Shown here: piece after piece, positions 17,740 through 26,930 of the stretch
Numbering within the stretch: position 1 is the first letter of the stretch
Layout of the letters: the number at the start of each line of letters is the position of its first letter
Translations under genes and position numbers: made by a program
Origin: an uncultured Acidobacteriaceae bacterium
GTDB taxonomy: Bacteria > Acidobacteriota > Terriglobia > Terriglobales > Acidobacteriaceae
Assembly: GCA_903904755.1 (NCBI GenBank)
Contig: CAIVDV010000045.1
Coordinates: 43,284-107,283, forward strand
Direction: 5' to 3'
DNA: 64,000 nt
The notes under the pieces: generated by a model
Databases searched by the model: none
What the model was told of the DNA's origin: nothing
What the model saw: the letters and a program-made list of their open reading frames with translations, nothing else

Positions 17740-19095
17740 TCAGGCGGGCTCTGCGAGGAGGATTGCCAACTCCATCTGGGGATTGAGGATTTCAGACGGT
17801 GCGTAGACGGCGAAGTTGCGTGCGCGGCGAATGGATTCCCAGATGGGGCCGCTCTGCTCGATGGCGAAGTAGTGGTATTTGAGCTTGACGGGCAGGGAGC
17901 GGGGTGGGGTGGCGATGTGCTGGAGGCGCAGGCCGGGGAGGGCGTTGCGGATGAGGGTCTCGATTTGGGTGGCGGAGCAGACCTTCATGTACTTTGGGCT
18001 GCGGTCGATGACGTCGGCGTCCTGGATGTCTGCGGAGACGGCGAGGTAGAAGCGGGAACCCTCGAAGTAGGCGTCCTTGTCGATGGAGGTGGCGTAGATG
18101 TTGTCGCGGGTGAGCTTGAGGGGCAGGGAGACAAAGTTGGTGGGGACGACGGTCTCAAGCATGAGGCGGATGACGCGATCGAGTTCGGCGAAGCAGACGC
18201 CGAGGTTCTCGTGCTCGTAGACAGGAAGGTCGCGGGGCTTGATTTTGTTGGAGAAGGAGGTGAGTGCGCCGGCCAGGTCGCTCATTTCGCGGAAGAGGCG
18301 CTCTGCGGTGACGCGGGAGGAGCCGAGGAGGTGGCGCAGGCCGGGGAGGTAGGTGTTGATGGTGTAGAGGAGCCAGAAGTTGGCGACGTCAGAGGCGGAG
18401 AAGTCTGCGAGCGACTGGTTGCGCTGGCGGCGGGTGGAGGAGAGCTGGGTGCCGCGGGTGACGAGAAGCTCTACCAGGCCGGAGAGGATGCGCTTGAGGG
18501 TGAGGTTCCCGTGGATGTCGAGCATGGGGGGAACAAATGTGGTGTCGAGCTGGAAGGTGCCGGTCTGGCTTCGGAGGACACGGGCGCAGGCCATGACGAT
18601 GGCGCCTTCGAGGTTTTCACCTTCGGCGAGGATCTGGAGGTTTTTGCGGGCGACCTGGACGGGTTTTTCGACGGTGCCGTTGTTTTCGTCGCGGACCATC
18701 TGCATGTGGGAGAGGAAGCGGGTGCTGACGCGGGAGCGGCTGAGGGAGACGTTGACGCCGCCGTGGAGGTATTGCGGGACGGCCAGATAGAAGATGCAGC
18801 TTTGTCGCTGGTCGCGGAAGCAGTCTGCGAGGACGCGGCCGGGGGGAGGAGGGTCAGATGCGGGAACTTCCAGGGGCAGGGCATCGGGGAAGACGCCGGA
18901 GGCCTGGGTGATGGCGAAGTTGCCTTCGGAGAGTGCCTTGGCGTCGACCTGGAGAGTGAGGAAGCCCCAAGAGACGGGGTTCAGGGTGTCCATGTAGAAG
19001 CGCGCGCTGTCCTCTACAAAGCGTTCCTGAGCTTGCAGATGCTGGGGCGAGAGGAAAGTGCCCTTGGACCAGATGACGGGCTGGAGTTGTCGCAT
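17740..19095 (-). CDS. tssK: Type VI secretion baseplate protein TssK (paralog 2, monocistronic)
   Basis: MRQLQPVIWSKGTFLSPQHLQAQERFVEDS..., collinear with paralog 1 over its full length (for example DVANFWLLYTIN vs DVANYWFLHSLC, VYEHENLG vs AYNHENLA). Start chosen at the complement of 19093-19095; the track start at 19221 adds an implausible leader. Confidence 0.9.
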   Translation of the reverse strand: MRQLQPVIWSKGTFLSPQHLQAQERFVEDSARFYMDTLNPVSWGFLTLQVDAKALSEGNFAITQASGVFPDALPLEVPASDPPPPGRVLADCFRDQRQSCIFYLAVPQYLHGGVNVSLSRSRVSTRFLSHMQMVRDENNGTVEKPVQVARKNLQILAEGENLEGAIVMACARVLRSQTGTFQLDTTFVPPMLDIHGNLTLKRILSGLVELLVTRGTQLSSTRRQRNQSLADFSASDVANFWLLYTINTYLPGLRHLLGSSRVTAERLFREMSDLAGALTSFSNKIKPRDLPVYEHENLGVCFAELDRVIRLMLETVVPTNFVSLPLKLTRDNIYATSIDKDAYFEGSRFYLAVSADIQDADVIDRSPKYMKVCSATQIETLIRNALPGLRLQHIATPPRSLPVKLKYHYFAIEQSGPIWESIRRARNFAVYAPSEILNPQMELAILLAEPA

Positions 19096-19455
19096 TCGTG
19101 CTCGCTTCCGTGGGAGTCGGATTTGCCATTTTGTCTGTGGCTGGAGTGGCCACCGTATGACTGTTGACGAGTATACCGATAAACGTGAGGGCGGGAAGCC
19201 CTGATTTTCAGGAGGGTGCACCGAGCGGGCGGGGAGGGCGGGAGTGGGTGGCGGTTACCAAAGTGACTTGCGAAAACGAGTCAGGTGTGAGTGGGGTGGA
19301 GGGTGTTTTCGGAAGAAAACAAAGAGTTTTCGTGTGAAAGATTGTGAAAACTTAAGACTGTGATTTGCGTCATTGACTCGAAAAATATCTTGTAGACAGC
19401 TTGTAGGTTTTGTGTTTTAGTTGTGGTGCGATTTCCATCGCTTCAACGAGGAATC

Positions 19456-19983
19456 ATGGCTAGGGAAAGTACGCAGCACAAACTTGACCGTGTCCGTTCG
19501 CCACGGGTGCAGATCACGTATGACGTGGAAGTGGGTAACGCCATTGAAATGAAGGAGTTACCTTTTGTGATGGGAGTCCTTGGCGATTTGACTGGACAAC
19601 CCGAGAAGCCGCTTGCGGCCTTGCGCGACAGGAAATTTGTTGAAATTAACCCGGATAACTTTGACACGGTTCTGAAAGGGATGGAGCCGCATCTGAGCTA
19701 TTCCGTTGAAAACAAGCTGAGTGACGACCCCAATGCGGGCCAGGTGAAAGTGGATCTGCATTTTGAGGAGTTTCAGGACTTTTCGCCTGAGCGGGTTGCG
19801 GCGCAAGTGAAGCCATTGAAAGAGCTTATGGATTTGCGCCAGCGTCTGTCGGATTTGCGTGGAAGCCTGCAGGGCAACCAGGACCTGGACGATTTGCTGT
19901 TCAATACCGTCTCCAACGCGGATGCGAAGGAGAAGCTGCGCAAGGAGCTTGGTCTGAACCCGAAGGAGGACGGCAATGAGTAG
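19456..19983 (+). CDS. tssB: T6SS contractile sheath small subunit TssB (VipA)
   Basis: RVQITYDVEVGNAIEMKELPFVMGVLGDLTG. GAGGA lies 5 nt upstream of the ATG at 19456. Confidence 0.93.
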   Translation: MARESTQHKLDRVRSPRVQITYDVEVGNAIEMKELPFVMGVLGDLTGQPEKPLAALRDRKFVEINPDNFDTVLKGMEPHLSYSVENKLSDDPNAGQVKVDLHFEEFQDFSPERVAAQVKPLKELMDLRQRLSDLRGSLQGNQDLDDLLFNTVSNADAKEKLRKELGLNPKEDGNE

Positions 19984-21466
19984 TCAGGGAGATGTTCTGG
20001 CGCAGGCGAGCGCACAAGAGGTGACGACGGCTGAGACGTCGTTGCTGGACCAGATTGTTGCCGAGGGCCGTTTTGGCGTGGACAAGACCGCGCAGGACCG
20101 CGGCAAGGGTCTGGTGAAGGAGTTTGTGGCGCAGGTTCTGCAGGGTCAGATGTCGCTGTCGCGGGATTCGGAAGTGACGATTTCCTCGCGTATTGCGGAG
20201 ATTGACAAGCTGATTTCGCTGCAACTGAATGAAGTGATGCACCACCCGTCGTTCCAGAAGCTGGAAGGGACGTGGCGGGGCATCAAGTACCTGATGGATC
20301 AGAGCGAGACGAATGACTCGCTGAAGATCAAGCTGCTGAATGTGTCGAAGCGGGATCTGCTTCGGGATCTGCAGCGTGCTCCGGAGTTTGACCAGAGCGC
20401 CCTGTTCAAGAAGGTATACGAAGAAGAGTTTGGGGTTTTCGGCGGCGCACCGTTTGGCGCGCTGATTGGGGACTACGAATTCAACCGCGGCTCAGAGGAC
20501 ATGGAGTTGCTGGAGCGGGTGTCGCAGGTTGCCTCGGCTGCCCACGCACCGTTTCTGACGGCGGCTGGTCCTGAGCTGATGAACCTGACCAGCTATACGC
20601 AGCTTGGCGGCATCCGCGATATGTCGAAGGTCTTCGACAGCACGGAGTACGCGAAGTGGAAGTCGTTCCGTGCCTCGGATGACTCGCGCTACATTGCGCT
20701 GACGCTGCCGCATGTATTGATGCGGGAGCCGTACGGACGCGACGGGCGCCAGATTGAGGCGTTCGACTACGAAGAGGATGTGGACGGACGCGACCACAGC
20801 AAGTACCTGTGGGGTAATGCAGCGTATGCGCTGGGCGCGCGGTTGACGAATTCGTTTGCGAAGTTTGGCTGGTGCGCTTCCATCCGCGGAGTGGAGAACG
20901 GCGGTCTCGTGGAGGGACTTGCGGTTCACAACTTCCGCACGGATGAGGGCGATGTGGCGCTGAAGTGCCCGACGGAAGTTGCCATCACCGACCGACGGGA
21001 AAAAGAGCTTGCGGATCAGGGATTTGTACCGCTTGTGCACTGCAAGGGGACCGATTATGCGGCCTTCTTCAGTGTGCAGACGGCGAACAAGCCGAAGACC
21101 TTTGACAAGCCTGAAGCGAATGCCAATGCAAAGCTTTCTGCTCAGTTGCCTTACATCCTTGCCATGTCGCGGTTTGCGCATTATCTGAAAGCGATGATGC
21201 GTGACAAGCTTGGCAGCACGATGAGCCGTTCCCAGGCTGAGCTGTACCTAAACCAGTGGGTTGCGAACTACGTGATCGCCGATGACAACGCCTCAGCAGC
21301 CGCCAAGAGTGAGCGGCCGTTGCGTGAGGCGCGGATCGAGGTCATGGAGGTTCCAGGAAACGCGGGCGCGTTGCGTGCCGTTGCCTTCCTGAAGCCGCAC
21401 TTCCAACTGGATCAGTTGACGGTTTCGTTGCGTCTGGTTGCGGATCTTCCGCCACAAGGGAAGTAA
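19976..21466 (+). CDS. tssC: T6SS contractile sheath large subunit TssC (VipB)
   Basis: 496 aa, overlaps tssB by 8 nt. Typical segments include SFQKLEGTWRGIKYLM, PFGALIGDYEF and AAHAPFL. Confidence 0.93.
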   Translation: MSSQGDVLAQASAQEVTTAETSLLDQIVAEGRFGVDKTAQDRGKGLVKEFVAQVLQGQMSLSRDSEVTISSRIAEIDKLISLQLNEVMHHPSFQKLEGTWRGIKYLMDQSETNDSLKIKLLNVSKRDLLRDLQRAPEFDQSALFKKVYEEEFGVFGGAPFGALIGDYEFNRGSEDMELLERVSQVASAAHAPFLTAAGPELMNLTSYTQLGGIRDMSKVFDSTEYAKWKSFRASDDSRYIALTLPHVLMREPYGRDGRQIEAFDYEEDVDGRDHSKYLWGNAAYALGARLTNSFAKFGWCASIRGVENGGLVEGLAVHNFRTDEGDVALKCPTEVAITDRREKELADQGFVPLVHCKGTDYAAFFSVQTANKPKTFDKPEANANAKLSAQLPYILAMSRFAHYLKAMMRDKLGSTMSRSQAELYLNQWVANYVIADDNASAAAKSERPLREARIEVMEVPGNAGALRAVAFLKPHFQLDQLTVSLRLVADLPPQGK

Positions 21467-21552
21467 ATCAGCAGGTACTGCCGGTGCGTTGCGCACCGAA
21501 TGAATCCACGTTTAGCCCGCTTGCGAGCGGATGACAAGAGAGGAAGACAACC

Positions 21553-22026
21553 ATGTCTGTTGACTATTTTCTGAAACTGGATGGGATTGAAGGTGAGTCC
21601 CAGGACAAAGACCACCCGAAGCAGATTCAGCTGATGTCCTTTTCGTGGGGCGGCAGCCAGGTGAGTTCGGTGTCCGGCACTGGCGGTTCTGGTGCAGGCA
21701 AAGTAAATCTTTCGGACTTCAGCATCATGACGTTCTTTGACAAGTCGACGCCGAAGTTGTTCAAGTCGCTTTGCAAGGGAGCTCATATTGCGACGGGCAA
21801 TGTTGCGGCGCGCAAGGCGGGCGACACGAAGCCTTACCTGAAGGTTGACTTCAAGGAGCTGTTCGTGACGTCGCTGCAGATCAGCGCGAGCTCGGAAGTT
21901 CCGACGATCAGCGTTTCGTTCAGCTACAACGAAGTGAAGATTGACTACAGCCTGCAGGACGACAAGGGCATCCTGACGTCGACCGGCGCGGTGACCTACA
22001 ACCTGAAGAAGAACGAGCTGACCTAG
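21553..22026 (+). CDS. hcp: T6SS inner tube protein Hcp (TssD)
   Basis: 157 aa. MSVDYFLKLDGIEGESQDKDHPKQIQLMSFSWG matches the Hcp1-family N-terminal pattern. Confidence 0.92.
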   Translation: MSVDYFLKLDGIEGESQDKDHPKQIQLMSFSWGGSQVSSVSGTGGSGAGKVNLSDFSIMTFFDKSTPKLFKSLCKGAHIATGNVAARKAGDTKPYLKVDFKELFVTSLQISASSEVPTISVSFSYNEVKIDYSLQDDKGILTSTGAVTYNLKKNELT

Positions 22027-22033
22027 AGGGAAC

Positions 22034-22765
22034 ATGACGCCACTGGAGCTCTACCGCGCAGGAGAGCTGAATGCCGCAATCAAGGCGCTTGGCGACGAGT
22101 TGAGGAACAATCCACTCGACGTCAAGCGCCGAACTTTCCTGTTTGAATTGCTTCTGTTTGCCGGGGAGCTGGGACGCGCCGAGAAACATCTGGATGTGCT
22201 GTCGGGAGCCGGGGGACTGGCTTCCGGCGGAGCCATGTTGTATCTGAGCGCACTCCACGCCGAGCGGACGCGGCAGGAGATGTTCAAGAACAGGCAGTAT
22301 CCGGCTCAGCTGAAAGAGGTTCCGCCGACTCCGGGGAAATCCGGAGGGGTGGATTTTGCGGATTTCAAGGATGCGGATCCGCGGATTGGCGCGAATCTTG
22401 AGGTGTTCATCGCCGGCAGCTACACGTGGATTCCCATCCACTATATGCGCCGGTTGAAGATTGAAGCCCCTAAATCTCTGCGCGACCTGATGTGGGTGAC
22501 CGCGGAGGTTGAGACCAGTCCCGAGTTCCGATTGCAGGAGCTGGGGCAGGTGTTTTTGCCGGCGATTTGTCCGCTTTCGTCCGAGCACCGGAGCGAGTTG
22601 GTTCGCCTGGGCCGGGAGAGCGTATGGGAAGCCGACGAGAACTATGGGGAGTTGCCGTTCGGTCCCAAGCTGATGCTGATTGACGGAGAAGAGATTCCGT
22701 TGCTGGATTTGCGAGAGATTGAGTGGACGCCCGCGTCGGAAGGAGCCGACGATGCCTCTGCGTGA
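22034..22765 (+). CDS. tagJ: T6SS accessory protein TagJ (ImpE family)
   Basis: N-terminal TPR-like helices (LYRAGELNAAIKALGDELRNNPLDVKRRTFLFELLLFAGELGRAEKHL) and a C-terminal ImpE pattern (YTWIPIHYMRRLKIEAPKSLRDLMWVTAEV). Confidence 0.85.
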   Translation: MTPLELYRAGELNAAIKALGDELRNNPLDVKRRTFLFELLLFAGELGRAEKHLDVLSGAGGLASGGAMLYLSALHAERTRQEMFKNRQYPAQLKEVPPTPGKSGGVDFADFKDADPRIGANLEVFIAGSYTWIPIHYMRRLKIEAPKSLRDLMWVTAEVETSPEFRLQELGQVFLPAICPLSSEHRSELVRLGRESVWEADENYGELPFGPKLMLIDGEEIPLLDLREIEWTPASEGADDASA

Positions 22766-24578
22766 AGATTTGCTGGAGCCGATAGCCGGGGAAAACCCCT
22801 CGGGCGCGAATTTATACCACGACAAGATTTTTGACCAGATCAAGGAAGCCAGAACGGAGGACCTGGACGTTGGTCCTGCGGGTGACTGGGGCCGTGCGCC
22901 GAAAAAAGCTGACCACAAGCTGGTGGTGAAGCTGGCTGGGGAGACGCTGGCCAAGAAGACCAAGGACCTGCGGCTGGCAGGATGGCTGGTGGAGTCGCAG
23001 TTCAAGCTGGAAGGGTTTGAACTGCTGCCCAATGCGCTGCGGTTGCTGCTGGAATTGCAGCGGCAGTTCTGGGAGACGATTTATCCCGAGAAGGAAGACG
23101 ACGGCAACGTTGAGATGCGTTTGGCGGCGATAGAGGGCACAGCCAACCGGCTAGGAGCTGCGCTGCGTTCAGCCCCGATTACGCGCAAGGGATTTTCGCT
23201 GATTGATTACATTGACTCGCGTGCGGTGGGTTACGAGCACGAGGCCGAGTATGGGTCAGCGAAGGCGGAAGCCCGGCAGTATGCGCTGGAGCATGACAAG
23301 CCGACGGCTGAGGATTTTGACGCGGCATTTGAGGGAACGAGCAAAGCTTTCTACGTTGCGCTGGATGCTGCGCTGGAAGGGGCTGCGGAGATTCTTCAGG
23401 AGCTGGAGGTCTATCAGGAAGAGGTTTATGGGTCGGATTATCCGAGCATGGGCCGGCTGCGCAAGCCGATGGAGGAAGTTGGGCCGGTTATCCGGCAACT
23501 TCTGAATGAGAAGCGCAAGCTGGAGCCGGATGCGGAAGAGGAAGCTCCCGAGCCTGAGGGGGAGGCCGAGGAGGAATCTGCGCCTGCGTACGAGGAAGAG
23601 GAGCAGGCAGTTGTGGAGGCGGCTCCGCGTCCTGTTGCGGTGAAGGGGAAGCCGAGCGCGCCGAAGAATATGACGCCGCAGCAGATGGTGGTGGTGGCTG
23701 CGGAGGCGATTCTGGCGGAGACGGCGAACTCGCCTGCGCCGTACCTGATTTGCAGCGGTTTGCGGTTTGCGGAGACGCGGTTGCAGCCGTGGGGCGGTTA
23801 TGAAGTGGCTGTGGGGCCGCCGACGGAGGCGCGCCAGAAGCTGGTGCGGCTGGCGAACCAGGGCGAGTGGACGGAGTTGCTGAAGGAAGCGGTGCCGATG
23901 CTGGGCGAGCCGTATGGCCGAGCCTGGCTGGATTTGCATCGCTATATCTGGAAAGCGGCGTATGAGTATGGATATTCGGAGCTTGCCAAGGCGGTGATTG
24001 CGACGGTGCGTGGGCTGCTGACCGATATCCCGGAGATGCGCGGGTGGAACCTGGACGATGACACTCCGGTAGCCAACCAGGAGACGCAACGCTGGCTGGA
24101 CGCCGAGGTGATTCCGCCGGCAGCAGAGGCGGAGTCGGTTCCAGCGCCGGAGCCGGTGATTATTTACCGGGATGTGCCTGTGGCCTCAGAGAATGGTTTG
24201 CCCCGCGAGCGGAGTGTGTACGAGATTGCCTGCGAGCTGCAGGCGAATGGGCGGCCTGAAGAAGCGATCACGATGATGGTGCGTGAGGCCAATCGACAAT
24301 CGAACGGTCGAGACAAGTTTCAACGCCGGATTGAGGTGGCGCAACTCTGTTTGGCGAGCAATCGCGAGGATATTGCATACCCGATTCTGTCGGAGTTGAA
24401 TTCTGAGATTGAGCAGAAGAATCTGGGTGCGTGGGAGAACGAAGATACGCTGGTGAAGCCGATGACGATGCTGTTGCGTTGCATGGAGAGCCGGGGCGAC
24501 AGCCAGCAGGAGCGGGACGCATTGTTTACGAAGATTTGCCGGCTGGACCCACAGGCGGCGTTTACGGTTCGCCGTTAA
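22752..24578 (+). CDS. tssA: T6SS protein TssA (ImpA N-terminal domain family)
   Basis: MPLREDLLEPIAGENPSGANLYHDKIFDQIKEAR...KDLRLAGWLVES is the ImpA_N signature. An acidic/Pro-rich linker follows in the middle. The ATG at 22752 lies inside the track ORF 22680..24578. Confidence 0.88.
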   Translation: MPLREDLLEPIAGENPSGANLYHDKIFDQIKEARTEDLDVGPAGDWGRAPKKADHKLVVKLAGETLAKKTKDLRLAGWLVESQFKLEGFELLPNALRLLLELQRQFWETIYPEKEDDGNVEMRLAAIEGTANRLGAALRSAPITRKGFSLIDYIDSRAVGYEHEAEYGSAKAEARQYALEHDKPTAEDFDAAFEGTSKAFYVALDAALEGAAEILQELEVYQEEVYGSDYPSMGRLRKPMEEVGPVIRQLLNEKRKLEPDAEEEAPEPEGEAEEESAPAYEEEEQAVVEAAPRPVAVKGKPSAPKNMTPQQMVVVAAEAILAETANSPAPYLICSGLRFAETRLQPWGGYEVAVGPPTEARQKLVRLANQGEWTELLKEAVPMLGEPYGRAWLDLHRYIWKAAYEYGYSELAKAVIATVRGLLTDIPEMRGWNLDDDTPVANQETQRWLDAEVIPPAAEAESVPAPEPVIIYRDVPVASENGLPRERSVYEIACELQANGRPEEAITMMVREANRQSNGRDKFQRRIEVAQLCLASNREDIAYPILSELNSEIEQKNLGAWENEDTLVKPMTMLLRCMESRGDSQQERDALFTKICRLDPQAAFTVRR

Positions 24579-24614
24579 GGCGAGCATTCAGCGGCAGGGC
24601 TGGTCGAGGTTGCG

Positions 24615-25079
24615 ATGTCGAAGAGCAAGTCGGAATCTGTGATAACGCAGTCTCTGCTGGACCGGCTTTCGGACCAGGATGAGTGGCCGACGCGGCGCGA
24701 TGCGGCGATGCGGATGCTGCGGGAGTCAATCAAGCGGGACGTGGAGTGGCTGCTGAATACGCGGCGGCCGCGGATTGCTGAGATTGAGGAGTATGAGAAG
24801 GCGGCGAATTCGGTAATCAACTATGGGTTGCCGGATTTGATGAGCTTTGAGGGGGCGTTTGGCCGGGACCACAACGCGCTGCTTGCGGCGATGGTGAAGG
24901 TTTTGCGGATATTTGAGCCGCGGATTCTGGAGCCGAAGGTCTTCCTGATGCGGACGGATTTGCTGGGGCGGAGTTTGCGTTTCCATGTGGAGGGGCGGAT
25001 TCAGTTCGAGTCGATGGAGGAGGAGATTCAGTTTGACACGGTTCTGGAGTTGCTGAACGGCGAGTACGAGGTGAAGTAA
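24615..25079 (+). CDS. tssE: T6SS baseplate wedge protein TssE (gp25-like)
   Basis: SLLDRLSD...SIKRDVEWLLNTRR and YGLPDL are typical of the GPW/gp25 family. Confidence 0.9.
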   Translation: MSKSKSESVITQSLLDRLSDQDEWPTRRDAAMRMLRESIKRDVEWLLNTRRPRIAEIEEYEKAANSVINYGLPDLMSFEGAFGRDHNALLAAMVKVLRIFEPRILEPKVFLMRTDLLGRSLRFHVEGRIQFESMEEEIQFDTVLELLNGEYEVK

Positions 25080-25082
25080 GGA

Positions 25083-26930
25083 ATGCGCGAAGAGCTGTTG
25101 GAGTACTATGAGCGCGAGTTGACCTATCTTCGCCAGATGGGGGCCGAGTTTGCGCGCAAGTATCCGCGCGTGGCGGGCAGGCTGCTGCTGGACCCGGACA
25201 GTTGTGAAGACCCGCATGTGGAGCGGCTGATTGAGAGCTTTGCGTTTCTTTCCGCGCGGGTGCATTTGCGCATTGACGATGATTTTCCGGAGTTGAATGA
25301 GGGGCTGCTGAACCTGGTATTTCCGGGGTATCTGCGGCCAACGCCGTCGATGACGATAGTGGAGATTCAGCAGGACCAGGCGCAGGGAAAGAAGACGGCC
25401 GGGACACGGGTTCCGAAAGATACTGTGCTGGTGACGAAGGGCACGGTGGATGGTTTGGCGTGCCGATTCAGGACCTCGTTTGATGTGGAGTTGTGGCCGT
25501 TTACGGTGACGGAGGCGGAGTGGCGCAGGCCGGAGATGATGTCGTGGCCGGCGATTGCGTCGAGTACGACCCAGGCGTATGCCGCAGCGCGGGTGCGGCT
25601 GAAGTGTTTTCCGGATGTGACGATGGCGGGGATGAACGTGGACCGGTTGCGGTTCCACCTGGCCGGCGACACGAGTGTGGTCTTCAACCTTTACGAGATG
25701 CTGTCATCCCGGTGCGTGGAGATTCAACTGCGAGATCCGGCAGACCGCAGCCGTGTGATTTCGCTGGGGCGCGAGAACCTGCGGATGGTGGGGCTTGAGC
25801 CGGAAGAGTGCGTACTGCCGAGTGACCGCAGGTCGCAGTCGGGGCATGTGCTGCTGCAGGAGTATTTCAGTTTCCCCGAGAAGTTTCTGTTCTTTGACCT
25901 GACAGGGCTTGAGGCGTTGTCGTCGGCGGGATTTGGGACGGAGGCGGAGATTGTTTTTCTGTTCTCGCGGTTTGAGAAGTCGGAGCGGCAGCAGATTCTG
26001 GAGCTGGGAGTTTCGGCGCGGACATTCCGGCTGGGATGCACGCCCATTCTGAACCTTTTCCGACAGGCGACGGAGCCGATTCTGCTGAATCAGGCGCGGC
26101 ACGACTACCGGGTATTTCCAGATGCCAGAAACCACTCGATGATGGAGATTTACAGCATTGACGAGGTGATTGCGGCGAATCCGAAGTTGCGGCAGACGGT
26201 GCCGCTGGATGCGTTGTATGCGTACCGGTTCCAGATACGCGAGGAGAAGAACCGGGCGTACTGGTCGGCGAGCCGGAAGCAGAATCCGCTGGGTGAGCGA
26301 GAGCCTTCGGCGGTGTACATCTCTGTTGTGGACCAGAACGGAAAGCTGGCGCATCCGGATGCGGATGTGCTGTCGATAGTGACGCAGTGTACAAATTACG
26401 AACTGCCGTCGCGACTGACGTTTGGCAATGAGGCCGGGGATTTTGACGCGGTGAACCAGCCGGCGGCGAAGACCGTGGTGGCGCTGCGCAGGCCGACTGC
26501 TTCTCTGGACCCGCCGACGGGCAAAGGGATGATGTGGCGGCTGATTTCGCAACTGAGCCTGAACTACCTTTCGTTGACCGAGGGTGGGCGGAAGGCGCTG
26601 CAGGAGATTCTGCGGCTGCATGACTTCAACCAGTCAGTGGCGGGTGAGAACCAGGTGGGTGCGATTACGAAGCTGAGCGCATCGCCGCACTTTGCGATGG
26701 TGGAGTCGCCGTATGGGCTGGTGTCGGCCCGCGGGACTCTGGTGCAGATAGAGATGGATGAGCAGCAGTTTGCGGGGGGAGGCGCGTATCTGTTTGCGAG
26801 CGTGTTGGACCGCTTCCTGGCCGGGTATGCCTCGATGAACAGTTTTGTGCAACTGGAAGTGAGAACGAATCAACGCAAAGAGGTTTTGGGACGATGGCAG
26901 CCGAGAGCGGGAACCCAGGTGCTGTTGTAG
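25083..26930 (+). CDS. tssF: T6SS baseplate protein TssF
   Basis: N-terminus MREELLEYYERELTYLRQMGAEFARKYPRVAGRL is the hallmark of TssF. 615 aa. Confidence 0.92.
   Translation: MREELLEYYERELTYLRQMGAEFARKYPRVAGRLLLDPDSCEDPHVERLIESFAFLSARVHLRIDDDFPELNEGLLNLVFPGYLRPTPSMTIVEIQQDQAQGKKTAGTRVPKDTVLVTKGTVDGLACRFRTSFDVELWPFTVTEAEWRRPEMMSWPAIASSTTQAYAAARVRLKCFPDVTMAGMNVDRLRFHLAGDTSVVFNLYEMLSSRCVEIQLRDPADRSRVISLGRENLRMVGLEPEECVLPSDRRSQSGHVLLQEYFSFPEKFLFFDLTGLEALSSAGFGTEAEIVFLFSRFEKSERQQILELGVSARTFRLGCTPILNLFRQATEPILLNQARHDYRVFPDARNHSMMEIYSIDEVIAANPKLRQTVPLDALYAYRFQIREEKNRAYWSASRKQNPLGEREPSAVYISVVDQNGKLAHPDADVLSIVTQCTNYELPSRLTFGNEAGDFDAVNQPAAKTVVALRRPTASLDPPTGKGMMWRLISQLSLNYLSLTEGGRKALQEILRLHDFNQSVAGENQVGAITKLSASPHFAMVESPYGLVSARGTLVQIEMDEQQFAGGGAYLFASVLDRFLAGYASMNSFVQLEVRTNQRKEVLGRWQPRAGTQVLL

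Noticed and set aside
10025-19455. Search for a hidden tssJ lipoprotein, an FHA-domain gene or a ppkA kinase in the T6SS gaps.
   Set aside because: The gaps are 93, 260 and 360 bp and contain no ORF with a lipobox, FHA or kinase motifs. These genes are absent from the window, though they may exist elsewhere in the genome.
19096-19455. Sigma-54 (TGGCAC-N5-TTGC) promoter upstream of tssB or tssK2.
   Set aside because: I found no GG-N10-GC element with the proper flanks when reading both strands. Only the CRP-like half-palindrome was retained, as a low-confidence finding.
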